NCBI GenBank assembly: GCA_017639185.1
Contig: GCA_017639185.1_4892.1
Strand: one strand, 5' to 3'
DNA length: 53,474 bases
From: Escherichia coli
Lineage (GTDB): Bacteria; Pseudomonadota; Gammaproteobacteria; Enterobacterales; Enterobacteriaceae
In this document: one piece after another, positions 1 through 9,607 of the stretch
Layout: the number at the start of each line of letters is the position of its first letter
Numbering within the stretch: position 1 is the stretch's first letter
Notes under the pieces: generated by a model
Told to the model about the DNA's origin: nothing
Seen by the model: the letters and a program-made list of their open reading frames with translations, nothing else
Databases searched by the model: none
Made by a program: the position numbers and the translations under genes

Positions 1-901
1 GAATAAGTGCCAATAGTGCGTACGAAGTTATTGCAACCATTAACGGGAAGTTATCCCCGATAACGTAGATAAGTCGTTTTATATTTTCAATTGTATTGAA
101 TACAATTTCATCAAACTTTTTAAATGCTGCAGTAAGTGTGGTATCGTTAAGCACTGCAGTAAGTGACTTAACCATATTTATCGCGCCTTTGGTTACCTCG
201 TCCCATACTCGGGTCTGGGTAATCTTAGAGCGAGCAGCATACCAAATTGTACTCAGGTTAGTTAACTGCGCTTTGAGTGTCTGCGACACTTCGTGGGCAA
301 TTGGTTTTAAACGTTCGGCTTCTTGTTTGAGCGCGCTAGTCAGTATGTCGGCAGTGATTTGCTTCTGCCGCATCATATCCTGAAGCTCGCCAAGCTTCTT
401 ACCAGTGTAGCGGGACAATGCGCCCCAGATGTCAACACCGGCGTTAATGAATTGGTTCTTTTCCTGGCCCTGCAATGAACCCATCGCAGTTGCCTGGCCA
501 TACGCAACAATGGTACGCGCCAAATCACCGCCTGTTGCAGCAGTGATTGTTTTGAGCATTTGTAGTGAACCGTTTAACGGGTCAACGCCATACGCTTTAA
601 GTTTAGTAAAGCCGTCTAGTGCCTCTTGAAATGGTGTACCCATTTGCAAAGACATATCCATCAGCGTTTTCCACGTCGATTCGACGTCGTAGCCGAAGCC
701 TTTAATCTTGGCGGCGAGTACGTCAGCCTCTAACGCAGGCGCAAACATCCTACCGAGCGCACCAGCGGCACGCTCAGCAAGATTGATTACATCGCCGAGG
801 GTAATCACAAAACGGCGGGACAGCTGGTCGAAGAGGTCAAAGCCTGCGCTATCGGCTTTACTCTCAAGCGTTACCAGAAAGCTATCGATTATGGTCGCCA
901 T
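1..901 (-). CDS. tail tape measure protein, N-terminal part (runs off window start; joins 52714..53474 if circular)
   Basis: Hand translation from ATG at 899-901 gives MATIIDSFLVTLESK... with a TMP-type segment LKAYGVDPLNGSLQMLKTITAATGGDLARTIVAYGQATAMGSLQGQEKNQFINAGVD. GAGGA RBS upstream. Open to position 1. Not in the ORF track because its stop lies outside the window. Confidence 0.75.
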   Translation of the reverse strand, partial: MATIIDSFLVTLESKADSAGFDLFDQLSRRFVITLGDVINLAERAAGALGRMFAPALEADVLAAKIKGFGYDVESTWKTLMDMSLQMGTPFQEALDGFTKLKAYGVDPLNGSLQMLKTITAATGGDLARTIVAYGQATAMGSLQGQEKNQFINAGVDIWGALSRYTGKKLGELQDMMRQKQITADILTSALKQEAERLKPIAHEVSQTLKAQLTNLSTIWYAARSKITQTRVWDEVTKGAINMVKSLTAVLNDTTLTAAFKKFDEIVFNTIENIKRLIYVIGDNFPLMVAITSYALLALI

Positions 902-1492
902 GGATTTCCTCTAACTCGGCATAGTCCAGAATAGCAATATGCAGGTCGCACAAATCACACAAGCTGTAAGACGACTTTAATTCTGCAAGGGTCACATGAC
1001 CCTTGAGAATAGGAAGCCAAATGAACCAGTCAGTTTCTTGCGTCCCTGACTGTTGCTTGCGTTTTATTTCGTCAAGGGCGTGGCTAGACCCGCTAGACCT
1101 GACAGGCCATTCCCTTTGAAAAAATCCGCGAACTGATATACCAATCCCTCCTTAAGCACACCGAAGATGTGGCTACGATATGCGTTGAAGTGTTGGTCTT
1201 TACAGTCAGACAGCTTACGCGGTTTGCCATCAACTACAACAACAGTATTGCGGAAGATTAATTCCTCAATAGCTGTCATCTCGTCAGAACCTGCGTTCTC
1301 CAGAACAGCGTCCAACAGGACCAGCATTGCTTTCTTACCGTCCACTTTGCCGTCTTTACCCACAATGTCAGCGTTGCCAATGCCTTTGAACAGCTTACCT
1401 GCTTTTTTCAGGACTGTCCAGGCTTGCAGCGCGTTTGCGAGTGTCATGTTGTACGTTACGTCGTCGATGTCAAATGATTTGGGCTCAGTCAT
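882..1492 (-). CDS. tail assembly chaperone, candidate -1 frameshift-extended form (GT-like)
   Basis: The -1 frame is open from the slippery site T_TTT_TTC (plus 1118..1124) through the gap between chaperone stop (1064) and tape measure start (901), ending at TAG 882..884. Hand-translated extension: FFQREWPVRSSGSSHALDEIKRKQQSGTQETDWFIWLPILKGHVTLAELKSSYSLCDLCDLHIAILDYAELEEIHGDHNR. Confidence 0.4.
1064..1492 (-). CDS. tail assembly chaperone (G-like)
   Basis: 142-aa ORF between the tube-like gene and the tape measure gene, the conserved position of tail assembly chaperones. Carries a slippery heptamer near its 3' end. Confidence 0.55.
   Translation of the reverse strand: MTEPKSFDIDDVTYNMTLANALQAWTVLKKAGKLFKGIGNADIVGKDGKVDGKKAMLVLLDAVLENAGSDEMTAIEELIFRNTVVVVDGKPRKLSDCKDQHFNAYRSHIFGVLKEGLVYQFADFFKGNGLSGLAGLATPLTK
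1118..1124 (-). promoter_or_regulatory. candidate -1 ribosomal slippery heptamer (U UUU UUC)
   Basis: Minus-strand GAT TTT TTC in the chaperone zero frame matches X_XXY_YYZ. Sits 18 codons before the chaperone stop. Confidence 0.4.
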
Positions 1493-1510
1493 TTGTGCTT
1501 TCCTTTATTG

Positions 1511-1942
1511 TTACTGGTCAAAGCCTTCAGTCAACTGCATGCCACCTTGGTGGAACACAATAGAGAAGGTAGTCGGGTTATGGCCGTTACCACGAGTCCA
1601 CGGGGAACCGTCGGTAAAGTAACCTTTCTTACCCCATGCTAAATCCTGGTTTAGCAGGTCTTTAGCTTGCAGCACAAACGGGACGAATCCACGAATGTTG
1701 TTACGCTGCAGGTTGTATTGGTCGTTAAGCCATTTGGCGTCCGGACCACTTTGCTTAACTTTGATAGTCAGCTTAATGGCTTTGGACGGGTTCATAATCT
1801 GGATACCACCGCCATCAGCGCCTGCAAGATAGGTGGAAGCTGGGTCCACCCATTGCACGTCAATGACATCGGCACCGTCTGCCCAGTCGGACAGCTGAAC
1901 ACCATTCAGGCTCAACACGCATTCAGAAGAATCGATGATCAT
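1511..1942 (-). CDS. tail tube-like protein
   Basis: 143-aa ORF directly downstream of the sheath-like gene and upstream of the chaperone and tape measure. Call by synteny only. Confidence 0.5.
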   Translation of the reverse strand: MIIDSSECVLSLNGVQLSDWADGADVIDVQWVDPASTYLAGADGGGIQIMNPSKAIKLTIKVKQSGPDAKWLNDQYNLQRNNIRGFVPFVLQAKDLLNQDLAWGKKGYFTDGSPWTRGNGHNPTTFSIVFHQGGMQLTEGFDQ

Positions 1943-1953
1943 TGATCTGCTCC

Positions 1954-3093
1954 TTAGCGAGTGAAGTTAATCAGGATGTCGCTGGAGTGGATTGCACCAG
2001 CCAGCTTAATCGCGATTTGCATTACAACGGCCTGACGAGCTTCACGCTCATCCAGAGGCTGGTCATCTACGTCAGGGATGTAGATGTAGAAACCTGTTTC
2101 GAGTCGGTCACCATAAGACAGTGTACCAAACTCATCACCGTACCAGATACCAGGTGCAACCAAGCCGTTGTCGACAGCCTGCTGACAAGCAACAGCTGCA
2201 GCACCGGTAAGGCGCTCGTGACCTTTGTTCGTCTGCGGCACCTTCGTGGGTGACGTAGCGATTGAGTTGAAGACGTAAGTCTGAACTGCATTACAGAACC
2301 AGTCTAGACCGTGTACTTCATCCCAGAAGCGCGGCGGCTTGGACGTACCAAGGACAGTACCTTCTGCAAGCATAGCAAAGGTGCTGTAGTAGGTGTACCA
2401 GTTAATACCCAGCGCTTTACACTTGTTAGCTTCAGTAAGCGTTAAAGTGTTGTTCGGTGTAATACCAGGCTCTTGTTTGAACTTCATGGTAATCGTGGTG
2501 CGGTTACCAGAGAAGTTAACGGACAGAGCACGCGCCATAGCAGAGATGTCTGCGTAGTGCTGGTTGTTCTTATCATACTGAAGCCACATATTGTTGTAGC
2601 CTTTACCAGCCAGAACTTTAATCGGGTTGGAGTCGCTGTTTTCAATATGAGTTGCTTTAGTGGTAGTATAGCTGCAACGCTTTTTGTCGTAAGCAGCAAC
2701 AGTTGACGCCAGCAAATCGATGTCATCGTCAGACAGCTCACCAGTAGGTGGGAGCGGACGCAGAACATACCAGTCAGGGTACACATCGTTGAATGCTTTA
2801 ATAGCCGCATCCAGAGTAGAGGTGTTGTTCCATGAGGCGATAACTACTGAACGAGGACGCGGAGATTGTGCAAAGAAAATCTTCAACGCGCCAAGCACAA
2901 CTGAACCAGTACCCCAATAAGACTCGGCTTCAGAGTAGCTGCCGATTTCAACATAGTGTCCGTTTTCGCTGTCAGGAAAAGCAGTGCCAGGGTCCTGAGT
3001 TAAAAGAGCCAGCTTACCGAAGTCACCTTTGCTGATACCAGTTGGAGTGTTGTTCAGTTGAACGTTTACAATCTGGTTTACATTCAACGGCAT
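1954..3093 (-). CDS. tail sheath-like protein
   Basis: 379-aa ORF in the sheath position (before tube, chaperone, tape measure), with baseplate-like genes further downstream. Call by synteny and size. Confidence 0.5.
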   Translation of the reverse strand: MPLNVNQIVNVQLNNTPTGISKGDFGKLALLTQDPGTAFPDSENGHYVEIGSYSEAESYWGTGSVVLGALKIFFAQSPRPRSVVIASWNNTSTLDAAIKAFNDVYPDWYVLRPLPPTGELSDDDIDLLASTVAAYDKKRCSYTTTKATHIENSDSNPIKVLAGKGYNNMWLQYDKNNQHYADISAMARALSVNFSGNRTTITMKFKQEPGITPNNTLTLTEANKCKALGINWYTYYSTFAMLAEGTVLGTSKPPRFWDEVHGLDWFCNAVQTYVFNSIATSPTKVPQTNKGHERLTGAAAVACQQAVDNGLVAPGIWYGDEFGTLSYGDRLETGFYIYIPDVDDQPLDEREARQAVVMQIAIKLAGAIHSSDILINFTR

Positions 3094-3179
3094 TTTTGAT
3101 TACCTCTTGGGTGGACTTTCCGGCCATTATACTCAGTAAGTTTACCCAAGTAAATGGCCGAGGCAAAGTTAATTAATTT

Positions 3180-5312
3180 TTATGCTGCATCGACGGACTG
3201 ATAAGAGCTGTCCGACGCTGTAGCGTTTCTCACAGTTACTGTGGCACCAATACGACATCCACCACTACCAACACCAGTAATAACACCAGCATTACTTACA
3301 GTAGCGACAGTATCGTCTGTAGTTGTATACTGAATGCTATAGCCTGCGTCTGTCTTAGCGTATTCAGGTCTAACAGTTACAACGAGCTGCTGCGTGTTAC
3401 CAACAGTAAGTGCAGGCAGCGAATCCGTAGTAACAGAAAGCTCAGACACGTAAGGAGATGTTGTACCAGAAGCAGCAACACCGTTCATTACAACGTTAGC
3501 AGTAATAGTTGCTGAACCTTCAGACTTAGCAGTCATCAAGCCATTTGCATCTACACTAATGATAGAGTCATCTGACGAGCTATAAGTAACAGTAACGCTC
3601 TTAGAGTCCGACGGATAGATCTCAACATCAAGTTGTTTGGTGTTACCCACAAGCCATTCAGCATACTGCGGATAGACCTGTACCCTCTCAGAAATTTGTG
3701 CCCAAGCAGCTGCGCTAATGTCAGCGCCATTACTAGTTGCGTAAATCCAGATATTACATCCGCCCTCAGCAACACCAGTTACAACGCCAGACGAATCAAC
3801 AGTTGCAATAGCTGGGTTAGCAGATTCGTAACGAATATCAGTTAGATCCGCGTCAGACGGGCTAACAGTGTAAGTGAACTGCTGAGTACCACCGACTGGA
3901 ATACCACCAAGACCATCTGGTGTAATAACAGCCACCTCTGTGCAAGTAGCTACAAACGAAGCAACAAGTCCACCGTCGTCTGTTGTAACTGTAATAGTCG
4001 AAGTTCCAGGAGATTGACCGTATATAACTCCGTTAGTGTCAACAGTAACAGCGTCTGGGTTTGAACTATTGTAGCTAACTTTTTTGTTGGTTGCGTTGTC
4101 AGGTGTTATAACAATTTTAGTCTGCACCTGATGGCCGGCGCTTACTTTAGTCGGAGAGTCAGGAGCCCATGCAACATCCGTAACTGCGATGCTGGGGTCT
4201 GTAACTTTAACCTCGATTCTATCAGTAAAGTTCCCGTCGTTAGTGATAACAGTAACATCAATTAAGCCTGCAGCGTTAGCGGTTACCAAACCAGCTTCAG
4301 TCACAGACGCAACTTCTGATACAGGAGCACTCCATACAACAGATGGGTCAGTAGCATTTTCAGGAGTCACAGTGGCATGTAGCTGAAGAGTGTCACCAAC
4401 TTCCATGGAAGCTGTATCGCCTTCGTCAATACTTACACCGGTAACATTTACAGCAGGTACCCTGACTATAATGTCAAGCGTGTCAGTCTTATCACCGTCA
4501 TTAGTCTTAACAGTAACAGTGGCATTACCAGCTATAATACCCGTAACATTTCCGTCAGTATCCACAGTTGCTACATCAGGCTCACTGCTTTCGTACGTCA
4601 CTGTTTTGTCAGTGGCGTCTTCTGGCGATATACGAATACTAGTCCCAGCTGTGCTTCCGATATTAACGTTAAGAGGCGACTGAGTAAGAAACTCAACTCC
4701 TGTAACGTGTACAACAGGCGGAATAACAGTTACAGTACAGCTATCGAATATAGAGCTGTCAACACCGTACTGTACGTTTACAGTTGTTTCACCATCTCCA
4801 ATGGCAGTGACAAGCCCGTTGTCGCTAACGACAGCAACAGACTCATCATCTGAAATCCAGTAGAAATCAAGATTATCTGCATTAGCAGGTAAATAGGTGT
4901 ATGTCAGGCGTTGAGTCTTGCCCTCTTCAAGCGTCACACTTGTGGGAGACACTGTAACAGATTCAACAAGGATAGGTGCCCGAGCAATGTTAAACTTTGC
5001 CCGTACTGTATAACCGCCGTCAACAGACGTACCAGTCACGTATGCAACACCTTCCGCCAGTGGCTTCACAAATCCGAGCTCATCAACAGTGATAACGTCC
5101 GGGTCGCTAGATTTCCATGCCATACCACGCTCAGTAGCGTTGGTTGGAATGTAACGCACAACTAGCTGAACAGGGTCATCACCCGCGACGATTGAGTACT
5201 CGTAGTTGGAAAGCATTATACCTTCCAGCGGAACATTGGGGGTAAAACCTTTACCCCCGTTGCTCTTACTGAACTGGACGTCGACAACCTCATTAAGTGG
5301 AAGCGACATCAA
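3180..5312 (-). CDS. virion protein with about 7-8 tandem bacterial Ig-like (Big_2-type) domains
   Basis: 710 aa with a recurring unit ending in VATVD..G.VTGV..G.ATVTV (for example VATVDTDGNVTGIIAGNATVTV, IATVDSSGVVTGVAEGG, VAVVSDNGLVTAIGDGETTVNV). Confidence 0.65.
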   Translation of the reverse strand: MMSLPLNEVVDVQFSKSNGGKGFTPNVPLEGIMLSNYEYSIVAGDDPVQLVVRYIPTNATERGMAWKSSDPDVITVDELGFVKPLAEGVAYVTGTSVDGGYTVRAKFNIARAPILVESVTVSPTSVTLEEGKTQRLTYTYLPANADNLDFYWISDDESVAVVSDNGLVTAIGDGETTVNVQYGVDSSIFDSCTVTVIPPVVHVTGVEFLTQSPLNVNIGSTAGTSIRISPEDATDKTVTYESSEPDVATVDTDGNVTGIIAGNATVTVKTNDGDKTDTLDIIVRVPAVNVTGVSIDEGDTASMEVGDTLQLHATVTPENATDPSVVWSAPVSEVASVTEAGLVTANAAGLIDVTVITNDGNFTDRIEVKVTDPSIAVTDVAWAPDSPTKVSAGHQVQTKIVITPDNATNKKVSYNSSNPDAVTVDTNGVIYGQSPGTSTITVTTDDGGLVASFVATCTEVAVITPDGLGGIPVGGTQQFTYTVSPSDADLTDIRYESANPAIATVDSSGVVTGVAEGGCNIWIYATSNGADISAAAWAQISERVQVYPQYAEWLVGNTKQLDVEIYPSDSKSVTVTYSSSDDSIISVDANGLMTAKSEGSATITANVVMNGVAASGTTSPYVSELSVTTDSLPALTVGNTQQLVVTVRPEYAKTDAGYSIQYTTTDDTVATVSNAGVITGVGSGGCRIGATVTVRNATASDSSYQSVDAA

Positions 5313-5320
5313 TCAGCTCC

Positions 5321-5959
5321 TTACTCAGCAGTAACAGTTACTGACGCGGTGTCAGTGAAGCTGCCATCAGCTGTTTTGACAGTGATGGTGACGACGCCAG
5401 CTGCTTTACCAGTCACCAGACCGGTAGCGCTAACAGTAGCTTTAGCCGTGTCATTGGACTCGTAGGTAACAGCTTTGTTAGTAGCGCCAGCAGGCAGCAC
5501 AGTTGCAGTCAGCTGTACAGTAGAGCCTACTACAACGCTGGGCGACTTAGGCGCTAACGTAACACCAGTGACGGCTACAGGCGGAGCAGTTACCGTAATT
5601 GCTACGGTATCGGTTTTGGCAGGGTCAAGCTTGGATTTAGCAGTAATAGTTGCTGAACCTACTTTGATACCCTGAACACGACCTGAACCATCAACAGTGG
5701 CATTAGCAGGTGTATCGCTTTCCCACAATACGGTGACGTCATCTGCGTCTGCCGGGGCTACTGCTGCTGTCAGAGTAGTAAACTCACCAACAGCAATTGA
5801 CTTAGCTTTAGGGGTAACAGTTACACCGGTAACTGGGGTTGGAATGAATTTTCCGTTCTCATCAAGCTTGGTCGGCTTGGCTAACGGGAACTGAGTAACC
5901 GACTCTTGACGCAGGTCTGCGTCTTTAACAGGACGGTTGGCTGTAGTACGATTTGCCAT
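5321..5959 (-). CDS. virion protein with two Ig-like (Big_2-type) domains
   Basis: 212 aa. Repeats ATVDGSGRVQGIKVGSATITA and ATVSATGLVTGKAAGVVTITV. Ala/Thr/Val-rich. Confidence 0.6.
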   Translation of the reverse strand: MANRTTANRPVKDADLRQESVTQFPLAKPTKLDENGKFIPTPVTGVTVTPKAKSIAVGEFTTLTAAVAPADADDVTVLWESDTPANATVDGSGRVQGIKVGSATITAKSKLDPAKTDTVAITVTAPPVAVTGVTLAPKSPSVVVGSTVQLTATVLPAGATNKAVTYESNDTAKATVSATGLVTGKAAGVVTITVKTADGSFTDTASVTVTAE

Positions 5960-6026
5960 CTGGAGAATCCTCTTATTGGGTGCGCCAGCTTATTATAGGC
6001 TGGCGCCTCGGTTAAGTAAATAGTGG

Positions 6027-8984
6027 TTACGGACCTAAATCATAAATATCTGCTTTAGCCCCTTTGTTTTTGTACAGCAGGTATAAGCCCAACCCTCGTA
6101 ATATTTCGCCAGAGTAAAAACCATAGTACATGGCGTTGCTTTCAGGTCCGGTACCAGTTTCAAGGCGTAACGCTGGCGACCAACCACCATCCATTACATG
6201 CCCCGGAATACCAGTTAGGTCATAGTGGTCTTCTAGCTCATTGACAAGCATATCCATCAGCTTATCAAGTCCTGATACTGTTGACCCACAAAGGGCCGAC
6301 ATAGCTGCACCAGCAAGCCATAGTCCACACATGTGACCTGTGAAGTCTGAAGGGACTGGCAGAGCAACACCTTCTTGCGGGAAGTTAGAAGGTGACACAC
6401 CTCCTGACCTTTCCATGAAGTCAAGCAACCATTTTGACCAGTTATCCACATAAGCAATAAGCTTACTCGGAACTGGCTTACCACGGTTTACTAGCTCATA
6501 CCATCCACGTGCTGCGGAGAAATAAGCACGAGGCTGGTAACCTGACCATGCACTACCATTACCCCAGTGATACATGGTAAACGTATCAGGTACACCGTAT
6601 TTAAAGTTATCCCAACGGTTCCAGATAAAAGCAGATGCACCAGGACCTAGCTGACCAAACTTCTTAAAGTACCATTGCTGAGAATCGTACAAAAAGTTAA
6701 CCATGTTGTTCAGCCTGATTGTACCTGCTGCAGTATCGTCATGCGTAAAGACAAACGGATACTGATACCCAGGGTAAGGTAGACCGTGCCAACCGTCAAA
6801 CTGCTGAGAATCAGGGTTATAAATGTTGGAGAACGGAATAACACCAGGCGTATAAGCAAGGTTATCATTCTCATAGTCCAGCACAGTACAGTCACCTAGC
6901 TTAGCTGTGTACGGGTTATCAGCCGAGAAAGTAAGACGGTACTTAATCGTATAACCAATCGGCCAGTTATAGCGAGGCGGAACATCATTCACACAGTACC
7001 AGCTAATACTTGTCGACGTATCAACACCATCAGGCAGTACAAACGAGAACTGCTTAATCTCGCCGAATTGTGGGCTAGCTGGTGGTGTACCTGTGTTTTC
7101 CTGGTATGAAGCCAGCCTGAACTCCCATGTACGAATCTGCTGAGTTACCCAGCCTGGTGCGGCAGGTAAATCACGTACCCAGCTCCAGCCTTGCGTGTCA
7201 GTTACTTTGATGCACAACGGACCTGTAGAAGTATACGTCAGCGAGTTTAAAGGTGCCTGGGAAGATTCCAGTAACCAAAAGCCTATAATGGCACCTGACG
7301 AACTATCAGGTATTGTCATACGAACAGTGTTGCCACGTCTGTTGTCAAGTATGTCAGTACGGTAAGACACCGCAATAGTGGCATTGCCATAATCAGTGGA
7401 TGAACGAATATCAGCTAAGATATACTCAGAACCGTCTGGCTTAGTACCTGCGACAAAATCGCTTAACGGAATGTCGTAGTTAGCAGGCGAAGCACCAAGA
7501 GCAGGTAGCTGTGTGACAAAACGATAGATGTTTTGCTCGACGTCAACCTTCTCACGGTTCATGTACATTTCCACCTTGACACTGATATTCTGACCAGCAT
7601 CATCTTTGCCACCGACCTCTGTACGTATCTTAGCTGTTGGCTTACACTTAAACCATACAGCCTGTTGCTCCAGAGATGATTGAGCTTTTTCGTTCTGACG
7701 CAGAACTATATAACCATTTTCATCACGTGAATATATAGCTTGTGCCAGTTCAGGATAAGACCAATCATAAGAGATGCCATCAGTAAACGGAGATGACGCG
7801 TGAGAGTCTTGACGGAAGAACTGGTCTTGTTTATCAATATCAATATACTCCTCCAGCGTAAACAGGACAGCTTGCCAAGCGTTGTAATACTTTTGCTCTT
7901 TAGTAATTCGCCACAGCATATAGCAGCAGTCGCAGAACCACAACTCAGCATCCGCAGCATTACCCCGCTGAAGCTCGCCGTACAGTGGAACGTTTACAGG
8001 TCTGTTGTGCCATACTTCATTTCGCTTAAGCAAATAACCACCGTGTTCAACAGGAAGCTTAACGGCGTAGTTAAGCAGATACACACCGTTGACAGTGTGG
8101 TCACGGAGTTGAATCTCACCTCTGCGAGAGTTAGGCAGTCCAGTCTCAAGAATCTCGCCTCCCCATAGCTCATCGTTTTTGCCAGGTAGAACACCAATCT
8201 TGTTATTGGTCCACGCAACAATATACTCGATGAGATGTACAGGAGGTTCAGCAGCTGACCAGTCCACAGTGTAGCTTGGTTCACCCAGATACCTCGGCCA
8301 GTCAATCCAGGCTAACTGATTCCACGGGTCAGCTGGCATGGTAGTGATGCGATAATTGTTGTAAATATCGTCCCAGTCAACTTTATTTTTAATAACACGG
8401 ACACCACCATTAATAGCAGGCCATGCCATGTGTCCCCTGTGGGCCCAAGTAGCAACATCCAGGTACTCGCCCCAGAAAGGAGAACCATGAGGGATTTGTG
8501 CTTTGCCGTTAACAAATTTAACAGGCACATTTTTATAGCCGCCCTGTGTTGGTGAATCAGGGTTGATCGGGAAGCTGGCTAGCACAGGCTCTTTGCCATT
8601 ACAAAGCCAGTTAGCTATCCAGCGACGAGGAGTATCAGGGATTGGGTCACCCTCGTAATAGTATTTGACGTAAGCATTGAAGTACTCAATTGCTTTGTCC
8701 AGATACCGCTGTTCCTTAGTAGCAAGGTACGCGTGAATTTCGCCGAGTATCAGCAGCGACTGACTTTCAGACGGAGCATCACCGTTAGGTTGGTACTCCA
8801 TCATAGTGTGCGCAATAAAATGGCGGTTGTTCGACACTACTCCTTCTGGGTTGAAGATATAGTGCTGACGCGTAGCGTCGTCAGTTCTACCAGTATTGCG
8901 CTCAAGAAAGTGGTGGTGACCTTCGATAAGGCTTTCGACATTAGCTCGATGGTCTGATCCGTCTTTAAGCAACATCGTGTGCAT
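6027..8984 (-). CDS. 985-aa Trp/Tyr-rich structural-module protein, function unknown (candidate carbohydrate-active or neck-appendage protein)
   Basis: Long uninterrupted ORF. Start codon overlaps the upstream stop (TAATG at 8982..8986). Aromatic-rich composition. Lies between neck genes and the sheath-like gene. Confidence 0.55.
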   Translation of the reverse strand: MHTMLLKDGSDHRANVESLIEGHHHFLERNTGRTDDATRQHYIFNPEGVVSNNRHFIAHTMMEYQPNGDAPSESQSLLILGEIHAYLATKEQRYLDKAIEYFNAYVKYYYEGDPIPDTPRRWIANWLCNGKEPVLASFPINPDSPTQGGYKNVPVKFVNGKAQIPHGSPFWGEYLDVATWAHRGHMAWPAINGGVRVIKNKVDWDDIYNNYRITTMPADPWNQLAWIDWPRYLGEPSYTVDWSAAEPPVHLIEYIVAWTNNKIGVLPGKNDELWGGEILETGLPNSRRGEIQLRDHTVNGVYLLNYAVKLPVEHGGYLLKRNEVWHNRPVNVPLYGELQRGNAADAELWFCDCCYMLWRITKEQKYYNAWQAVLFTLEEYIDIDKQDQFFRQDSHASSPFTDGISYDWSYPELAQAIYSRDENGYIVLRQNEKAQSSLEQQAVWFKCKPTAKIRTEVGGKDDAGQNISVKVEMYMNREKVDVEQNIYRFVTQLPALGASPANYDIPLSDFVAGTKPDGSEYILADIRSSTDYGNATIAVSYRTDILDNRRGNTVRMTIPDSSSGAIIGFWLLESSQAPLNSLTYTSTGPLCIKVTDTQGWSWVRDLPAAPGWVTQQIRTWEFRLASYQENTGTPPASPQFGEIKQFSFVLPDGVDTSTSISWYCVNDVPPRYNWPIGYTIKYRLTFSADNPYTAKLGDCTVLDYENDNLAYTPGVIPFSNIYNPDSQQFDGWHGLPYPGYQYPFVFTHDDTAAGTIRLNNMVNFLYDSQQWYFKKFGQLGPGASAFIWNRWDNFKYGVPDTFTMYHWGNGSAWSGYQPRAYFSAARGWYELVNRGKPVPSKLIAYVDNWSKWLLDFMERSGGVSPSNFPQEGVALPVPSDFTGHMCGLWLAGAAMSALCGSTVSGLDKLMDMLVNELEDHYDLTGIPGHVMDGGWSPALRLETGTGPESNAMYYGFYSGEILRGLGLYLLYKNKGAKADIYDLGP

Positions 8985-9607
8985 TATTTAATCCATCCAC
9001 CGTTAAAGAAACCCATCCAAGTTGCTCCTGAGTCAAAGGTAAGCAACGTAACAACATCTGTGTAACCCACAAGGAATGACAGAACGGGCTTTCTGTTGTT
9101 TGCCCATTTTATTCTGGGATCCCAAGCGGTCACCTTGTTAGAACCAGTACCTTGCTTAATAGCAATAGTAATCTGACGCGCAACAGTAGACGGGTCAGAC
9201 ACACCACCGATATTAATTACGGTGTTTGGCTGGTTAAGAGTAAGACTGACAATTGTTTTAGATGCAGCAGGTATAGTTACGGTAGCTGCACTTGCAACAT
9301 TGCCATACTCATAGATTGCTGACGTCGAAGATACTGTAGCCTGTTCAGCTGCGGCTTCTGCAGCTTCTTTGGCTGCAATAGCTGCATCACGAGCAGCGCG
9401 CGCCTGGATAGCAGCTTCGTTAGCATTTTCAAAGTTTGGTATAGCTTCATTGATTGCAGCGTTAATGCCTTCGAGTGTGCGTATGACACCGCCTTCCGGG
9501 TTAGGGATGCTTGAGTCGTCTGACATACCGAAGTCATGAATAAGCTGGACAGCAGTTGTTAGCTTATCCAGCTGCGCTTGCAGTTCCGGGTCTACTTCAG
9601 TTGCCAT
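8984..9607 (-). CDS. fibrous virion protein (N-terminal Ala/Glu-rich coiled coil, beta-rich C-terminus)
   Basis: 207 aa. Segment AIQARAARDAAIAAKEAAEAAAEQ followed by a Thr/Val/Ser-rich region. Translationally coupled to the 985-aa gene. Confidence 0.45.
   Translation of the reverse strand: MATEVDPELQAQLDKLTTAVQLIHDFGMSDDSSIPNPEGGVIRTLEGINAAINEAIPNFENANEAAIQARAARDAAIAAKEAAEAAAEQATVSSTSAIYEYGNVASAATVTIPAASKTIVSLTLNQPNTVINIGGVSDPSTVARQITIAIKQGTGSNKVTAWDPRIKWANNRKPVLSFLVGYTDVVTLLTFDSGATWMGFFNGGWIK

Noticed and set aside
96-914. Plus-strand ORFs 96..383, 429..629 and 708..914
   Set aside because: All lie antisense to the hand-translated tape measure N-terminal coding region and are separated by in-frame stops. 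Treated as shadow ORFs.
1167-1622. Plus-strand 151-aa ORF
   Set aside because: Antisense to the chaperone and tube-like genes of a uniformly minus-strand operon. No initiation signal noted.
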